DNA of 64,000 nucleotides from an uncultured Spirochaetota bacterium. GTDB taxonomy: Bacteria; Spirochaetota; Spirochaetia; SZUA-6; Fen-1364. A program made the position numbers and the translations under genes. The stretch spans positions 1-64,000 of the forward strand of contig CAVUXE010000015.1 in the NCBI GenBank assembly GCA_963745235.1. Reading direction: 5' to 3'. This document shows positions 21,009 to 31,957 of the stretch, piece after piece. The notes beneath the pieces are model-generated. The model was not told the DNA's origin, searched no databases, and saw nothing but the letters and a program-made list of their open reading frames with translations. How positions within the stretch are numbered: position 1 is the first letter of the stretch; every line of letters begins with the position of its first letter.

Positions 21009-24000
21009 TCAGCTCGCAGTAATGGCAACGTCGATCACTCGCTCAAGGGAGAGGGATCGTCCTTCTGCGAAAATCGAGTCCTCCGTCGTTCCCAGATCAG
21101 CTCGTACAATCGTGACCATCCGGTCATACTCGGTCTGGAACAGCGTCGGGGTGGTCGACCAATCATGCCCCCAGGCCAGTCGCCAATGGGGCGCCTGGAA
21201 AACGGTCGCAACTGCACCGAGAATCGTGGCGGCCTGCTGGGGGCAATCTTGCGCTGCTCGAACGCCGGCAATGCCTGTGAGGCAGGCGCACAGGCATTGC
21301 CGGTCGAAAGGGGCGGCAGAAGCGCGCAGCAGGCTCACGCCTTCTTTGAAGCGCGCGAAGGCTTCGCTATAACTCTCTTCACGGAGAGAAATCAGACCCA
21401 GGGAAGTGATCTCGATCGGCTGCGAGAAGTCGCGGGCAACGTATGACCGCGTGCAGGCCTCGGTAAAAGCAGACCGCGCCGTGTCGAAATCGCCCTTCAG
21501 GAATGCGACCCCGCCCGTACAGCAAAGCATATAGTAGGTGACGAACAGATCCGGGGTGGTGCGAATCAGCTCGAGGCCTTCGGCGATCAACGCCTCGGCG
21601 CTCACGAGATCTCCTTTTTCGACAGCCATGAGCCCAAGCAGCGCCGAACTGGATGCCACCCTGCTTGCATTACCGGCCTTCCGGGCGAGTTCGCGTGCCT
21701 CGTGCGCAAGAGCGTCAGCGTCCCCTCCCCCAACATGGGTGAAAAAGGCCCTCCAGAACGTCGTGTGGACGAGCGCTGCCAGGTCGTCCGTTTCTCGCAA
21801 AATGCAGTTTGCCTCTTCGAAATAGGGCAGGACCTCATCTGGAGTGCGGGCAAGGTAGGAGCGCACGATCCCCGTCGTGCCCAGCGCGCGAGCAAGGCCC
21901 TTTTTGTCCCCGACCCGGCGCCACAGCGCCACACTCTGCTCTCCGGCGGCAGCGCTGGACTCGGCCTGCCAGGGGCTCAGGGTGCAACTGCAGAGCACCA
22001 TGAGCGCCTTCGCGCGCCATTGGTCGATCCCCTGCACTTCCGCGGCACGAGACAGCGCATCCTGCAACCAGATCAGCGCGTCACGCCAGTGGCCGCAGTT
22101 AAACATGTACCGCTCGAGCGCGCTAACGATCCTCAAAGCGACTTCCACGGAGGCGCCGATAGACCACTCGACGGCCGACCGGATGTTCGGGTATTCCAGG
22201 TCGAGTTTCTTTGCACATCCTCTCGCTGCTGCTGTATCCATGCCCGGCCCTGCCTGCTCTGCGAGTCGCAGGTAATGCAGGGCGTGCCGGTTTCGGAATG
22301 TCGGCGATTCTCCGCTCTCCTGCAGGCGTTCCTGGGCAAACTCCCGAACCGCGACGAACATGGCAAACCTCGGCTCGCCGCCCTGCTCGACCTGACGCAC
22401 CAGATTCTTCTCGACCAAAGAGCGCAGTCCCGCCAGGATGTCGTCATTCCCGGATTCTGCGCAGACATCAGCAGCCGCGTCGAGTGCGAAACCGTCAGAG
22501 AACACTGCCAGCCGTCTGAGAAGCCCCCCTTCAAGCGGCGCCAGGAGTCTGTAGCTCCACTCGATTGCATCCCGGAGGGCACGATGTCTCGCGGGCATGT
22601 CCCTCGGCCCTCCCGAAAGCAGGGTAGATCCGGTGTTTTCCAAGTGTGAGAGGAGCTCCTGTGGCGAGAGGAACCCAGCCCGCCCTGCCGCAAGCTCGAT
22701 GGCCAGCGGAAATCCCTCCAGGCGGATGCAGAGTCGTGAGATAGCAGGTCCATTCGCTTCGGTCAAAGAGAACCCATTTCGACAGGCGCGAGCCCGATCG
22801 ACAAAGAGGGCCACGGCTTCGTTCTCTTTGAGATCCTGGATTGTGTCATCGACCCTCGGAACGGGGAGCGGAAGCAGGAGGTACAGATTCTCAGCCCGCA
22901 ACCGAAGGGGTTCCCGGCTTGTCGCCAGAACTTTGATCAATGGACACTGATCAATTGAGTCTTGCTAGATGATCCGCGGCCCCCAGAACGTGCTCGAAAT
23001 TGTCCATCAGGAGCAACACTTTCCGGGGTCGCAGAAAATCCCGCACGAGATCTGCCGAGGCCGCGGACCCCGGAGGCCGGGGAACAGAAAACGCTTCCCC
23101 GATCGCAACGAGAACATCGTCGGCGGCGGTGAGAGGCACGAGATCGACGAAGGCGACCCCGTGAGGGAACAGCCTTGCCCCCATGCGGGCCGCTTCCACA
23201 GCCAATCGTGTCTTGCCGATCCCGGCAGGGCCGGTGAGGGTAAGCAGTCTCAGCCCGGGGCGGCGAATGGTTTCCAGGACCTCCTGGAGCTCGGTGCGAC
23301 GTCCGATGAAATCCGTCGGTGGCGAGGGGAGGTTGACGAAAGCGGAGCTCGGCTCGAGTGACGAGTCCGGACCGGGACGCCGCGCGAGCAGACCCCCTGC
23401 AATTGAGCGTCGAAGCTCCTCGGTCTCCGCGTCGGGGACCGCTTCGACCTCTGAGGCAAGGATTTCCCGGCAACGCTCGTACTGGCGAAGGGCCTCTGCG
23501 CGCTTCCCGGAAATTGCCAGGGCTCTCATCAGCGCGCGATGGCCTTCTTCATCCGCCGGGTCGACCTTCAGCCATGAGCGTGCATAGGGGATTGCCAGGT
23601 CAAAGTCATTTGTGCCAAGCAGAAGGCTGGTGAGCTGACCGAGGATCCTTGTGTGGATCTGTCGGAGACGCTCTTCCTGAGATCTTTGCCAGGACTCGAA
23701 GCCAACCGCGTCCCTCAGGAAGAATCCCTCGAGAAAGTCCCCACGGAACAACCGCTCGATGGCTTTCAACGAGGAACGGGTCCGCTCAGATCCCTTGCGG
23801 TCAATTTCGAGCGCGTCGACCCAGAGGCCTCTTCGCGGCTGCAACGTAACGGTGTCCCCTTCGCTCCGAATCCATTCTTCGCCCACCGTCTGGCGAAGAA
23901 TCGAGAGGCACTGCCGCAGTCCGGCTCGTCCTCGTTCCCGCCCCAGGCGGGGAAAGAGCAGCTCGGCCAGAGCGTCGCGCGAATGCCCGGCGCCGTTCAC

Positions 24001-24126
24001 GGCCAGATAGGCAAGGAGCGCAAGGGGTTTCTTGTCCGTCAGGGTGATTGTTTCGCCATCCTTGGTGACAATGGGCGGTCCCAGGAATGAAAGTCTCAGG
24101 GCCGTCAATCGTTTCGCCCGTACCAT
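21009..24126 (-). CDS. AfsR/SARP-type regulator (wHTH-BTAD-NB-ARC-TPR); single-base frameshift near 22955
   Basis: BTAD (LFRGDFLEG...EEGHRALMRAL), P-loop GPAGIGKT, LLMDNFEH and GFPLAIELAA. Removing one A joins the two ORFs as LIDQCPLIKVLATSRE. Confidence 0.88.
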
Positions 24127-24303
24127 TTTCGCCTGCTTGAGAAAGGAATATACCGAAAAATGCACAAATAGTCGCACAGCCGACAGGCTGACGAACGGCC
24201 GGCAGACGCTCAGCGAACGCCGAAGGCGCAGTCTGTTCACTCAGAGCGTTGCTCTCTGGAAAGCGACCGCTCGTGAAAGCGGTCCCGATATCCGAGGAGG
24301 CGT

Positions 24304-25210
24304 ATGATGAATCGTTTTGTGATGGGGTTTCTGGCCGCTTTCGGCGCGGCTTCGGGATGCTTCCCCGCGCCTGCAAATGTCGTCTCCGACTGGGACGACA
24401 AGGCGTCATCCGCCATCGTTGATGGCGCACGAAAAGGGCCGGGAAGTGCCTGCGCTTACCTGGCCTACGTCACGGTGGCTATGTACGATATAGTCGCCTC
24501 GATCGACGGCAAGTTTCGACCGTTCTCCGTTTCCGTGACAGCGCCCAAGGGGGCATCAGAGGATGCCGCCGCAACCGTGGCGACGTATGAAGTACTGGTC
24601 CACTACTTCCCCCTTCAGCAGACAAGTCTGGATGCCGAAGAAATCTCTTCTCTTTCGGTTGTTCGCGACGGGCAATCGAGGGACGACGGCGTAAAGGTCG
24701 GAAGGGCTGTTGCGGAGGGGTGGATTGCGACACGGGCCGACGATGCCCTGGAGGCAAGAGTGCCATACGTGCAGGGGCATGGACCGGGAATCTGGGAACC
24801 CGTTCCAAACGTGCCCGCTCCGGTGCCGTCATGACTCCGCCTCCGGTGGAGCCGTGGTTCGCAAGCTTCCGGCGCTTTGCCCTCTCGAGCCCAGAACAGT
24901 TCTTCTCCGTACTGGAGCGCCCCTACGTCCTCGAGAGCGCTGAATGGGCTGCGGACTTCAATCTCACCAAGGATCACGGAGCGCCGAAGAGCGCCGTTCG
25001 CATGGTGCGGCAGACTGAAACCGGGCTGTTCTGGACGGATCCTTGTGCAGCGCAGTACATGCGGACGATTCGAGGTCTGATCGGCACAGCCAGGGCTGCT
25101 CGCCTCAGTGCGATGGCTTTTGTGACTCTCGCGGAGGCTTTTCCTGCGTCAGTGTCCGCCAAGCACACGTTCCGATTCTGGCGCCATTACGCCGCAATCC
25201 GAAACGCGGC
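24304..25210 (+). pseudogene. Vanadium haloperoxidase/PAP2-like secreted protein, frameshifted and C-terminally truncated
   Basis: Signal peptide, NVVSDWD, AMYD, AAATVAT, GRAVA...RADD, FWT and AKHTFRFWRH. The later SGH and RxxxGxH catalytic motifs are missing. Confidence 0.65.
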
Positions 25211-25244
25211 GGAAACACATATCTCCGCCGCGACCACGCCCGAT

Positions 25245-25501
25245 GTGCTCGCATACCTGGGCGGCGGGGCGACGAAAGAGGGAGAGGGTGCGGGATTCAC
25301 ACCAGGTACGGGGGTGGAAAACCCCGACGCGTATGCCTCGTCACGTGCGATCAGCCCTGAGGTGCTCGCATACCTGGGCAGAGAGGCGACGAAAGAGGGA
25401 AAGGGTGCGGGATTCACACCAGGTACAGGGGTGGAAAACCCCGACGCGTATGCCTCGTCACGTGCGATCAGCCCTGAGGTGCTCGCATACCTGGGCAGAG
25501 A
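25245..25501 (+). repeat. 117-bp tandem repeat, about 2.2 copies, encoding a 39-aa unit
   Basis: GTGCTCGCATACCTGGGC recurs at 25245, 25362 and 25479, and the intervening units are near-identical. Confidence 0.95.
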
Positions 25502-25551
25502 AGCGGCCGCCGCCGCGGCGGGCCAATAATCCAACTCGTGAGGAGGCTTAT

Positions 25552-26031
25552 ATGCCAAACAGACTTTTTTCGATCACTCGTTTTCTGCTTGTCGTGCTCG
25601 CTTTTGCAGTGGGCGCAGGGGTTATGCAACTCTCAGCCCAATCAACAACGCCAGACCATGGAGCCATCTTCGGCATCTGGTTGACGAGAGATCCCGGGGG
25701 TGTCAACATGCTGCGGGTTGTCGCGGAATCCGCAGACAGCTCACATAGCGGAATCGAACGCCTCCGAGAGCCGTTTGCGAGTGTCTTCCGCTGCTCGATC
25801 GAGAACTCCTGGTCCGATCGTGGCTTCCGCTACTATTCCGTAGTCAGTGTCTCACGCTTGATCGAGAGCGCGATGCTGAGCTTCACGCACTATCTCCTTC
25901 GACTGAGTCAGGACGACCAGACGCTCGAAATCGTGCGGTCCTCAGCAAAACGATTTAGCCGGTCCTTTGCCGCTGATCCTCAGGATGGTGACCCCGTGAC
26001 GTATCACCGCCTGAGTTTGACGGGCTATTAG
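25552..26031 (+). CDS. Hypothetical exported protein
   Basis: GAGGAGG RBS and signal peptide MPNRLFSITRFLLVVLAFAVG. Confidence 0.65.
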   Translation: MPNRLFSITRFLLVVLAFAVGAGVMQLSAQSTTPDHGAIFGIWLTRDPGGVNMLRVVAESADSSHSGIERLREPFASVFRCSIENSWSDRGFRYYSVVSVSRLIESAMLSFTHYLLRLSQDDQTLEIVRSSAKRFSRSFAADPQDGDPVTYHRLSLTGY

Positions 26032-26169
26032 GGCCGCCGCGCATGGCCGGCAGTTCTCAACCGAAAGCCGTTGGAGCCGGTCCAGCGCGCGGCGCCCAGC
26101 ATGGCGCGACTATTGCCATGAAGGAAAATCTCCCGCACGATTTTTTTCAGGAAACTGAGAATATCCTTA

Positions 26170-27459
26170 GGAAGCGTCAGAAAATAACTGGACGAAATTG
26201 CCTACGTGGTATATCATGTGCATGTGGATGTCGAGCCTTTGAGGACCAAGTACAAAGCCTTGGCTCCGGTTCTCAGTGAACGCGCGCGGCGCATCTGGGC
26301 AGCCACCGAAGCCCGCCAGGCGGGCCGTGGAGGTATTACCCTCGTGGCACGCGCGACGGGGATCTCATACTCCACGGTTGTGCGAGGCCTCAAGGATCTG
26401 GAATCAGAAGAAGTTGCGCCGCCTGATCGAGTTCGCCGGGCAGGGGGAGGGCGCAAGAAGACACTTCAGAAGGATCCGACTCTGGTGAACGACCTGGAGA
26501 ACTTGGTCGAGCCCGCTGTCTCTGGAGATCCACAGTCACCTCTGCGCTGGACATCCAGGAGTGTGAGGACCCTCTCGGAGGCACTTCGTGGCATGGGGCA
26601 TGTCGCCAGCCACCAGTTGGTGGCAGAGTTGTTATGCTCCGCAGGCTACAGCCTGCAGAGCAATCGCAAGGGCCGCGAGGGACCCAACCATCCCGATCGG
26701 GACGGGCAGTTTCGCTACATCAATCGGCGGGTTCGAGCTTTCCAAGCCGAGGAGCAGCCGGTGATCTCCGTAGACACGAAGAAGAAGGAGCTGGTGGGAG
26801 ACTTCAAAAACGCTGGGAAACAGTGGAGGCCGAAGAAGAGCCCCCACGTTGTTCGGGTTCACGACTTCATCATTCCCGAGAAAGGAAAGGCGATCCCCTA
26901 CGGAGTCTACGACCTGACACGCAACGCGGGGTGGGTCAGTGTGGGCATCGACCACGACACCGCGAGTTTCGCAGTCCGCACCATCGGCCGCTGGTGGCGT
27001 AAGATGGGACGACCCGCATACCCGCACGCCAGATCTCTTCTCATCACTGCGGATGCTGGAGGAAGTAACGGCTCACGTGTTCGGCTGTGGAAGTGGGAAT
27101 TGCAGCAACTGGCCACTCGCACGGGGCTCTCGATCGCGGTCTGCCACTTTCCTCCGGGGACGAGCAAGTGGAACAAGATTGAACACCGGCTCTTCTCGTA
27201 CATCAGCAGCAACTGGCGCGGGCAGCCTCTGACAAGCTTGGCCGTGATCGTCAGTCTGATCGCCTCAACAAGAACCGTAACGGGTCTACGTGTTCGTAGC
27301 GAGCTCGACACAGGTCCTTATCCGGACGGCCAGACTGTCTCCGACGAGCAGCTTCTTGAAGTGAATCTCACGCGACATCGTTTCCATGGTGACTGGAACT
27401 ACACGATTCATCCAAGGAAGACAGTCAAGTAATTAGTTCAGTTATTGTTTGACACTTCC
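26170..27459 (+). mobile_element. ISAzo13-family insertion sequence with imperfect terminal inverted repeats and TTA direct repeats
   Basis: Left end GGAAGCGTCAGAAAATAACTG; right end (reverse complement) GGAAGTGTCAAACAATAACTG; TTA at 26167-26169 and 27460-27462. Confidence 0.88.
26206..27432 (+). CDS. ISAzo13-family DDE transposase
   Basis: ISVDTKKKELVG, PYGVYD, ITADAGGSNG and PPGTSKWNKIEHRLFS; intact ORF. Confidence 0.95.
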   Translation: MVYHVHVDVEPLRTKYKALAPVLSERARRIWAATEARQAGRGGITLVARATGISYSTVVRGLKDLESEEVAPPDRVRRAGGGRKKTLQKDPTLVNDLENLVEPAVSGDPQSPLRWTSRSVRTLSEALRGMGHVASHQLVAELLCSAGYSLQSNRKGREGPNHPDRDGQFRYINRRVRAFQAEEQPVISVDTKKKELVGDFKNAGKQWRPKKSPHVVRVHDFIIPEKGKAIPYGVYDLTRNAGWVSVGIDHDTASFAVRTIGRWWRKMGRPAYPHARSLLITADAGGSNGSRVRLWKWELQQLATRTGLSIAVCHFPPGTSKWNKIEHRLFSYISSNWRGQPLTSLAVIVSLIASTRTVTGLRVRSELDTGPYPDGQTVSDEQLLEVNLTRHRFHGDWNYTIHPRKTVK

Positions 27460-27633
27460 TTAGGCACGTCGATGCAGACCTCACAGGCGGCGCGTGGGGT
27501 CACCAAATTACAGGTGGATTGGCTCCAGGACCTCGTTTTGTTGGAGCGCGTCGTGCCAGACATCACGAAACACGAATTCCGCTGTCCGGCGGCGGCGAAT
27601 TGGACAAATCAATTTGAAAGGAGAACACACCAG

Positions 27634-27885
27634 ATGCCCTTGTTTCTAGATATTCACCAGCATGTGCCTGGATTGACGGCCGAGGCAGTCGCCGGTGCAC
27701 ACGCGAAAGACCTTGAGACTCAGGCGAGGTACGGCGTTAAGTATCTGAAATATTGGTTTGATGAAGGCACAGGCAAAGTCTTTTGTCTGGTGCAGGCGCC
27801 GACCAAGGAGGCGGCAGCGGCAGTCCATCGGGAGGCTCACGGTCTCGTCGCAGACGAGATTGTCGAGGTAAAGGAGGGCGCGTAG
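27634..27885 (+). CDS. DUF4242 (SCO4226-like) protein
   Basis: MPLFLDIH...AHAKDL...YWFDEGTGKVFCL...VHREAHG; AGGAG RBS. Confidence 0.85.
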   Translation: MPLFLDIHQHVPGLTAEAVAGAHAKDLETQARYGVKYLKYWFDEGTGKVFCLVQAPTKEAAAAVHREAHGLVADEIVEVKEGA

Positions 27886-28099
27886 GACTTGTGGTCAATT
27901 TGGCTTCTGCCAGCGCCGGCTGGCAGAGCCGTTTTGGCGATTAACGATTTCAAATATATTCTTAGGAAGACCGCTTTCCCGTACAAGAAATCGATAGCAA
28001 AGTCAGGGATGTCTACCTCGAGATTCCAAATCAGCAACGGCAATTTTGCTCAGTCTATGAACCATTTGGTCAAGGTGCGTGCAAATAATAGGAACCCCA

Positions 28100-28480
28100 A
28101 GGAACTTACAAAACTGTTGGCCCAGGATCGCGGGGGAGATGCCGTGGCGCTTTTCATGAAGTACGTCGGGACACCGGCCGAGCAGATCGAAGGCATGCTC
28201 ATGCCCCCGTGTGGCCAGGGCTGGCAGCAATAGGGCATACACTCGCCCACGATCATACCGCCATCGTGGGAGACAGCGCGGCTGTGCCTTCGAGCGGGTC
28301 GCGCACATCAAAGCGCGCACGCTGGTGATGGGCGGCAGTGCAAGCTATCCCTTCATGCTGGAGACCGCTCGAACCCTGAGCAAGGCGATACCTGGCGCAC
28401 AGCTCCGCATCCTGGAGGGACAGAAGCACGAGGTAAGCGCGGAGGTCCAGGCGCCGCGTACTCGCGGAGTTCTTTTCGGG
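28100..28480 (+). pseudogene. Alpha/beta hydrolase C-terminal remnant, frameshifted
   Basis: GDAVALFMKYVG in one frame; TLVMGGSAS...LSKAIPGAQLRILEGQKHEV in another. No N-terminus. Confidence 0.6.
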
Positions 28481-28698
28481 ATAGCCCACGAGGTTCTAGA
28501 ATCCAACTGGCTTGAGCTGGGCGGGAGATCTGGGGCACAGGTCATCTTGTTGACCCGGGCAGTGAGTAGCAGAGAGACACCGGCCGACTTGGACCGGGCC
28601 CGTTTTCCCGAACCGTTGGGTCGGATGTTCGAGGCATCTCTGGGGCAGGGCCGACGTAGGCCTTTTCCTATCGACGGAGAATCTGAAAAAGCTACCCT

Positions 28699-29982
28699 CT
28701 ACCCAAGGAGCAGAGACTCAAAGGGCACCGCGATGATTCGCGAGCTGACCGGGTGCGTCTCGACACAAGCGCAAGCGAGCACCCCGAGGCGAGCCTCTGG
28801 ATGCAGTTCCAGAAAACTCTCGAGCCCGCGCAAATCGCCTCCCACCGGCCTCGTTGTCGACTTCACTTCTATCGGGAGAATCCTGCGGCCTGCCTCGATG
28901 ATGAAATCCACCTCATGGCCGGCGGAGGTGCGCCACGTACTCAATTCCGGGCGCGGATCGCGTCCCGCGGCCCACGCCCTCAACTGGTGACCGACCCACG
29001 CCTCCAGCCAGGCGCCCCAAAGCCTGCCTTCTGCGAGGTCATGCTTCTCGCGGTACCCTGCCAGATGGGCAGCCAGGCCGGAGTCCGCCCAGAGCAGGCG
29101 CGGGCTTTTCGCGAGCCGCTTGCCCCTGTTCACGGTGAACGCCGGCAGCTTCCAGACGAGGAAGGAGACTTCCATGAGCGACAGGTAGCGTGCCGCGGTG
29201 CTGGGCGGGATGCCCGCATCCTGGGCAAGTTGCGCGACATTCAGCAGTGACGCGTTACGCAGGCCGGCAGCCTGCATGAATCGTCGGAATGAGACGAGAT
29301 CCTCAATCGCCGACAGCAGTCGCAGATCTCGCTCGATGTATGTGCCGATGTACCCTTCGAACCAGCGCCCGCGGGTGGAGGCGTTTTCCGTGAGAGCGGC
29401 TACAGGGAATCCGCCGCGAAACACTGCTTCTGCAAGGGGATGTCGAACCCGGTGTTTCTGCGCGCCCCCAAGTCGCGTAAGAAGATCCGCTGCAGACTCC
29501 GCCGCAACAGCAGAATCCAGAGCTGACCCAAGCGGCACCCTCTCGAGCTCGGACCACGTGAAGGGCAGGATCTCCAGATACACCGCCCGCCCCGCGAGGG
29601 ACTCCGAGACCTGCCGCATGAGCAAGGGATTGGCCGAGCCTGTGCACAGGAATCGCCCTGGAGTTCGCTTCCGGTCCACTTCCAGCTTGATAGCCGACAG
29701 CAGGTTCGGCGCCCGCTGGATTTCGTCTATCGTGATCAGCTCCGCCCCCATGAGGAGGGCCGAGGGGTCGCGGACCGCCAGGTCCAGGTTCGCAAAATCG
29801 TCCAGGGAGATGTACTTCCTGGTCGACCCGATCTCAGGGGACTGAACGAGCGTCGTTTTTCCCGTCTGCCGTGCGCCCACGAGGACAACGACCGGAAACT
29901 CCGTCAGCACTTGGCCGAGCCGTGCCCCTTGAAGGCGAGAGAGGACGTCATGCGAATCAGCCACGAAGTGGAGGATATTCAA
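28699..29982 (-). CDS. AAA_14 ATPase with DUF4143 C-terminal domain
   Basis: GARQTGKT, IDEIQRAP, GGFP, EVDF and PIEVK. Confidence 0.9.
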   Translation of the reverse strand: MNILHFVADSHDVLSRLQGARLGQVLTEFPVVVLVGARQTGKTTLVQSPEIGSTRKYISLDDFANLDLAVRDPSALLMGAELITIDEIQRAPNLLSAIKLEVDRKRTPGRFLCTGSANPLLMRQVSESLAGRAVYLEILPFTWSELERVPLGSALDSAVAAESAADLLTRLGGAQKHRVRHPLAEAVFRGGFPVAALTENASTRGRWFEGYIGTYIERDLRLLSAIEDLVSFRRFMQAAGLRNASLLNVAQLAQDAGIPPSTAARYLSLMEVSFLVWKLPAFTVNRGKRLAKSPRLLWADSGLAAHLAGYREKHDLAEGRLWGAWLEAWVGHQLRAWAAGRDPRPELSTWRTSAGHEVDFIIEAGRRILPIEVKSTTRPVGGDLRGLESFLELHPEARLGVLACACVETHPVSSRIIAVPFESLLLG

Positions 29983-30092
29983 CCATCACACGGTTGTCAA
30001 GCAGACCTCCCCCTCCCTTTCCCTTTCTTCTCCCGGCCGGATCCGCCAGCCGCGCACGGCAGCTGGCCGCAGGCGGCAAGTTGCCGTGCAAG

Positions 30093-30998
30093 CTATGCCA
30101 CTCGCTCGAAGACAATGCGGTAGTGCTCGAGGAGTTGCCGCTCGAAGCAGACGCGGTTGGGATTGATCGAAAGGAAATCCGCGTAGCGGCGGAGCGTTCC
30201 ATCAAACAGGTGCCGGAGGACGACGGAACCGTAAGCCAGGTATTTCGCGAGATCGACACGCTTGAACGCGGCCAGCCATCGATCGAGAGTCTCGATGTAG
30301 TCGAGTCGGCCGCTCTCAGCCGAGACCATGGCAAAACCGGGAGCGGCGCAGGAGAGAATCTGATCGAGCCCGGTCGGCAGCCACGACCCTGGATTGCCCC
30401 ACGCCATGAGGGCGAGGGCGTAGCTGTCCGAATCTCGAGGGGCATCGAGGCGTATGTCTTCGTGCGGGATCATCCGCGGCCCAAAGACCATAGTCTGCAG
30501 GAAGAAACGGCGACCGACCGGGATGAGCGTCGTGGCATTTCTGAAAAAGTCGTGATAGATGGCCGGCTGCCGGCCGTCCTGACACTCGTCTACAGAGCAG
30601 AAATGCTCGAACGCTCCCAGGCTCGCGATCCCGTCGAACTGGCCGAGCTCCGAACCGTCGATCCTCCGACAGTCCCGTTCGTAGACCTCGAACCCCATGC
30701 GGTTGCACGATGCGACCTGAAGCGAGGAGAGTGTCACGCCGACGCAGGAGATTCCGCGGCTCCTGGCATAGGCGAGGAGTCCCCCCCACCCGCAGCCCAG
30801 ATCGATGAGCCGGTCTCCCTCCCCCAGACCCAGGGCGCTCACCACGCGCTCATGCTTTCGCCGCTGAGCCTCCGCGAGCGAAAGAGAGAAGTCACCGCCG
30901 AAAAGCGCCCCGCTGTAGTCGCCCGTAGCGCCGAGGCTGCGCCTGAAGATGTAGTCAAGAGGGCTGTAGATCTGCTCGACCTCTTTTTTTCCCGCCAT
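30093..30998 (-). CDS. Cyclopropane-fatty-acyl-phospholipid synthase-like SAM methyltransferase
   Basis: LAEAQRRK, IDLGCGWG, GVTLS, SLGAFEHF and DYIETL. Confidence 0.85.
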   Translation of the reverse strand: MAGKKEVEQIYSPLDYIFRRSLGATGDYSGALFGGDFSLSLAEAQRRKHERVVSALGLGEGDRLIDLGCGWGGLLAYARSRGISCVGVTLSSLQVASCNRMGFEVYERDCRRIDGSELGQFDGIASLGAFEHFCSVDECQDGRQPAIYHDFFRNATTLIPVGRRFFLQTMVFGPRMIPHEDIRLDAPRDSDSYALALMAWGNPGSWLPTGLDQILSCAAPGFAMVSAESGRLDYIETLDRWLAAFKRVDLAKYLAYGSVVLRHLFDGTLRRYADFLSINPNRVCFERQLLEHYRIVFERVA

Positions 30999-31074
30999 TC
31001 ATCCGCTCCGCCCCAGTATGGCACCAGAGAGCCAGCTTGCCGGCCCGCCACTCATGTATTACTTTCCGGAAAGA

Positions 31075-31932
31075 ATGAGCATGCAGACAGTGGCGCTGGT
31101 CGGCGGCACCGGAAACCTCGGCGGCCTTACACTCCGCGCCTTGCTCGCCCGCGGCAAGTCCGTACGGGCGATCGTTCGCCCCGGCAGCGACATCTCCCAG
31201 CTCCCCCGGGAACACGTCGAGGTGGTGAGGGGCGACATGCTCGACCCCTCGTCCCTGGCGCCTGCAATGGAAGGGGTTTCAGCCCTGGTCACCACCGCGA
31301 TCGGGTATTCACGGCGTCGCGAGGGCGACTCCCTGCGCACGGATACGGAGGGGAACCGCAACCTCGTGGACGCTGCCAGGAAAGCCGGGGTTCCCCGCTT
31401 CGTCTTCTTGAGCATCCTTGCCTGCGACCAGGCGCGCGACGTTCCTCACTTCTGGGCGAAAAAGTTGACCGAAGACCACCTGCAGGAGCAGGGGGTCCCC
31501 TTCGTCGCGCTCCGTCCGGGAGCGTTCCTCGGCGGACCGTGGTTGAAAGCCCAGCTCGAAAAGGGACAGCTCATGGGGATGACCGGACCCGCTGTGCGGA
31601 TAACGTTCATCTCCACGAGCGACGTCTCACGGGCGTTGGCGCTGGCTGTCGACGAGCCGCGCGCGCTGGGCAAGCGCATCGATCTCGGCGGCGACCGACC
31701 CTTGTCGAGCGCTGAGCTGGCGGAAATGCTCGGACGGCTCATGGGTCGCTCACTGCAGCCGGTGATGATGCCCTTCCGCGGCGACGACATGGAGGCGATG
31801 GTGCGGTTCTTCCAGACGGGGAAATACGTGGCGGATACCCGTGTCCAGGCCGAGCTCTTCGGCCCGGTCCCCAAGATGGAGGAGGCGGCGCGAAAGATCC
31901 TGGCGGACCTCGGCCTCCTTGCTCCAGCCTGA
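31075..31932 (+). CDS. NmrA-like NAD(P)-binding atypical SDR
   Basis: VGGTGNLG, NLVDAARKAGV and LRPGAF. Confidence 0.85.
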   Translation: MSMQTVALVGGTGNLGGLTLRALLARGKSVRAIVRPGSDISQLPREHVEVVRGDMLDPSSLAPAMEGVSALVTTAIGYSRRREGDSLRTDTEGNRNLVDAARKAGVPRFVFLSILACDQARDVPHFWAKKLTEDHLQEQGVPFVALRPGAFLGGPWLKAQLEKGQLMGMTGPAVRITFISTSDVSRALALAVDEPRALGKRIDLGGDRPLSSAELAEMLGRLMGRSLQPVMMPFRGDDMEAMVRFFQTGKYVADTRVQAELFGPVPKMEEAARKILADLGLLAPA

Positions 31933-31957
31933 GGAACGCAAGCCGTGAGTCGTCCAA

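Noticed and set aside
25245-25501. CRISPR array
   Set aside because: The sequences between the recurring 18-mers are near-identical rather than unique spacers. The 117-bp period is in frame, and no cas genes are present.
27952-27970. Second ISAzo13 end (ATATTCTTAGGAAG)
   Set aside because: Similarity to the left junction is only about 14 bp and does not extend into the inverted repeat.
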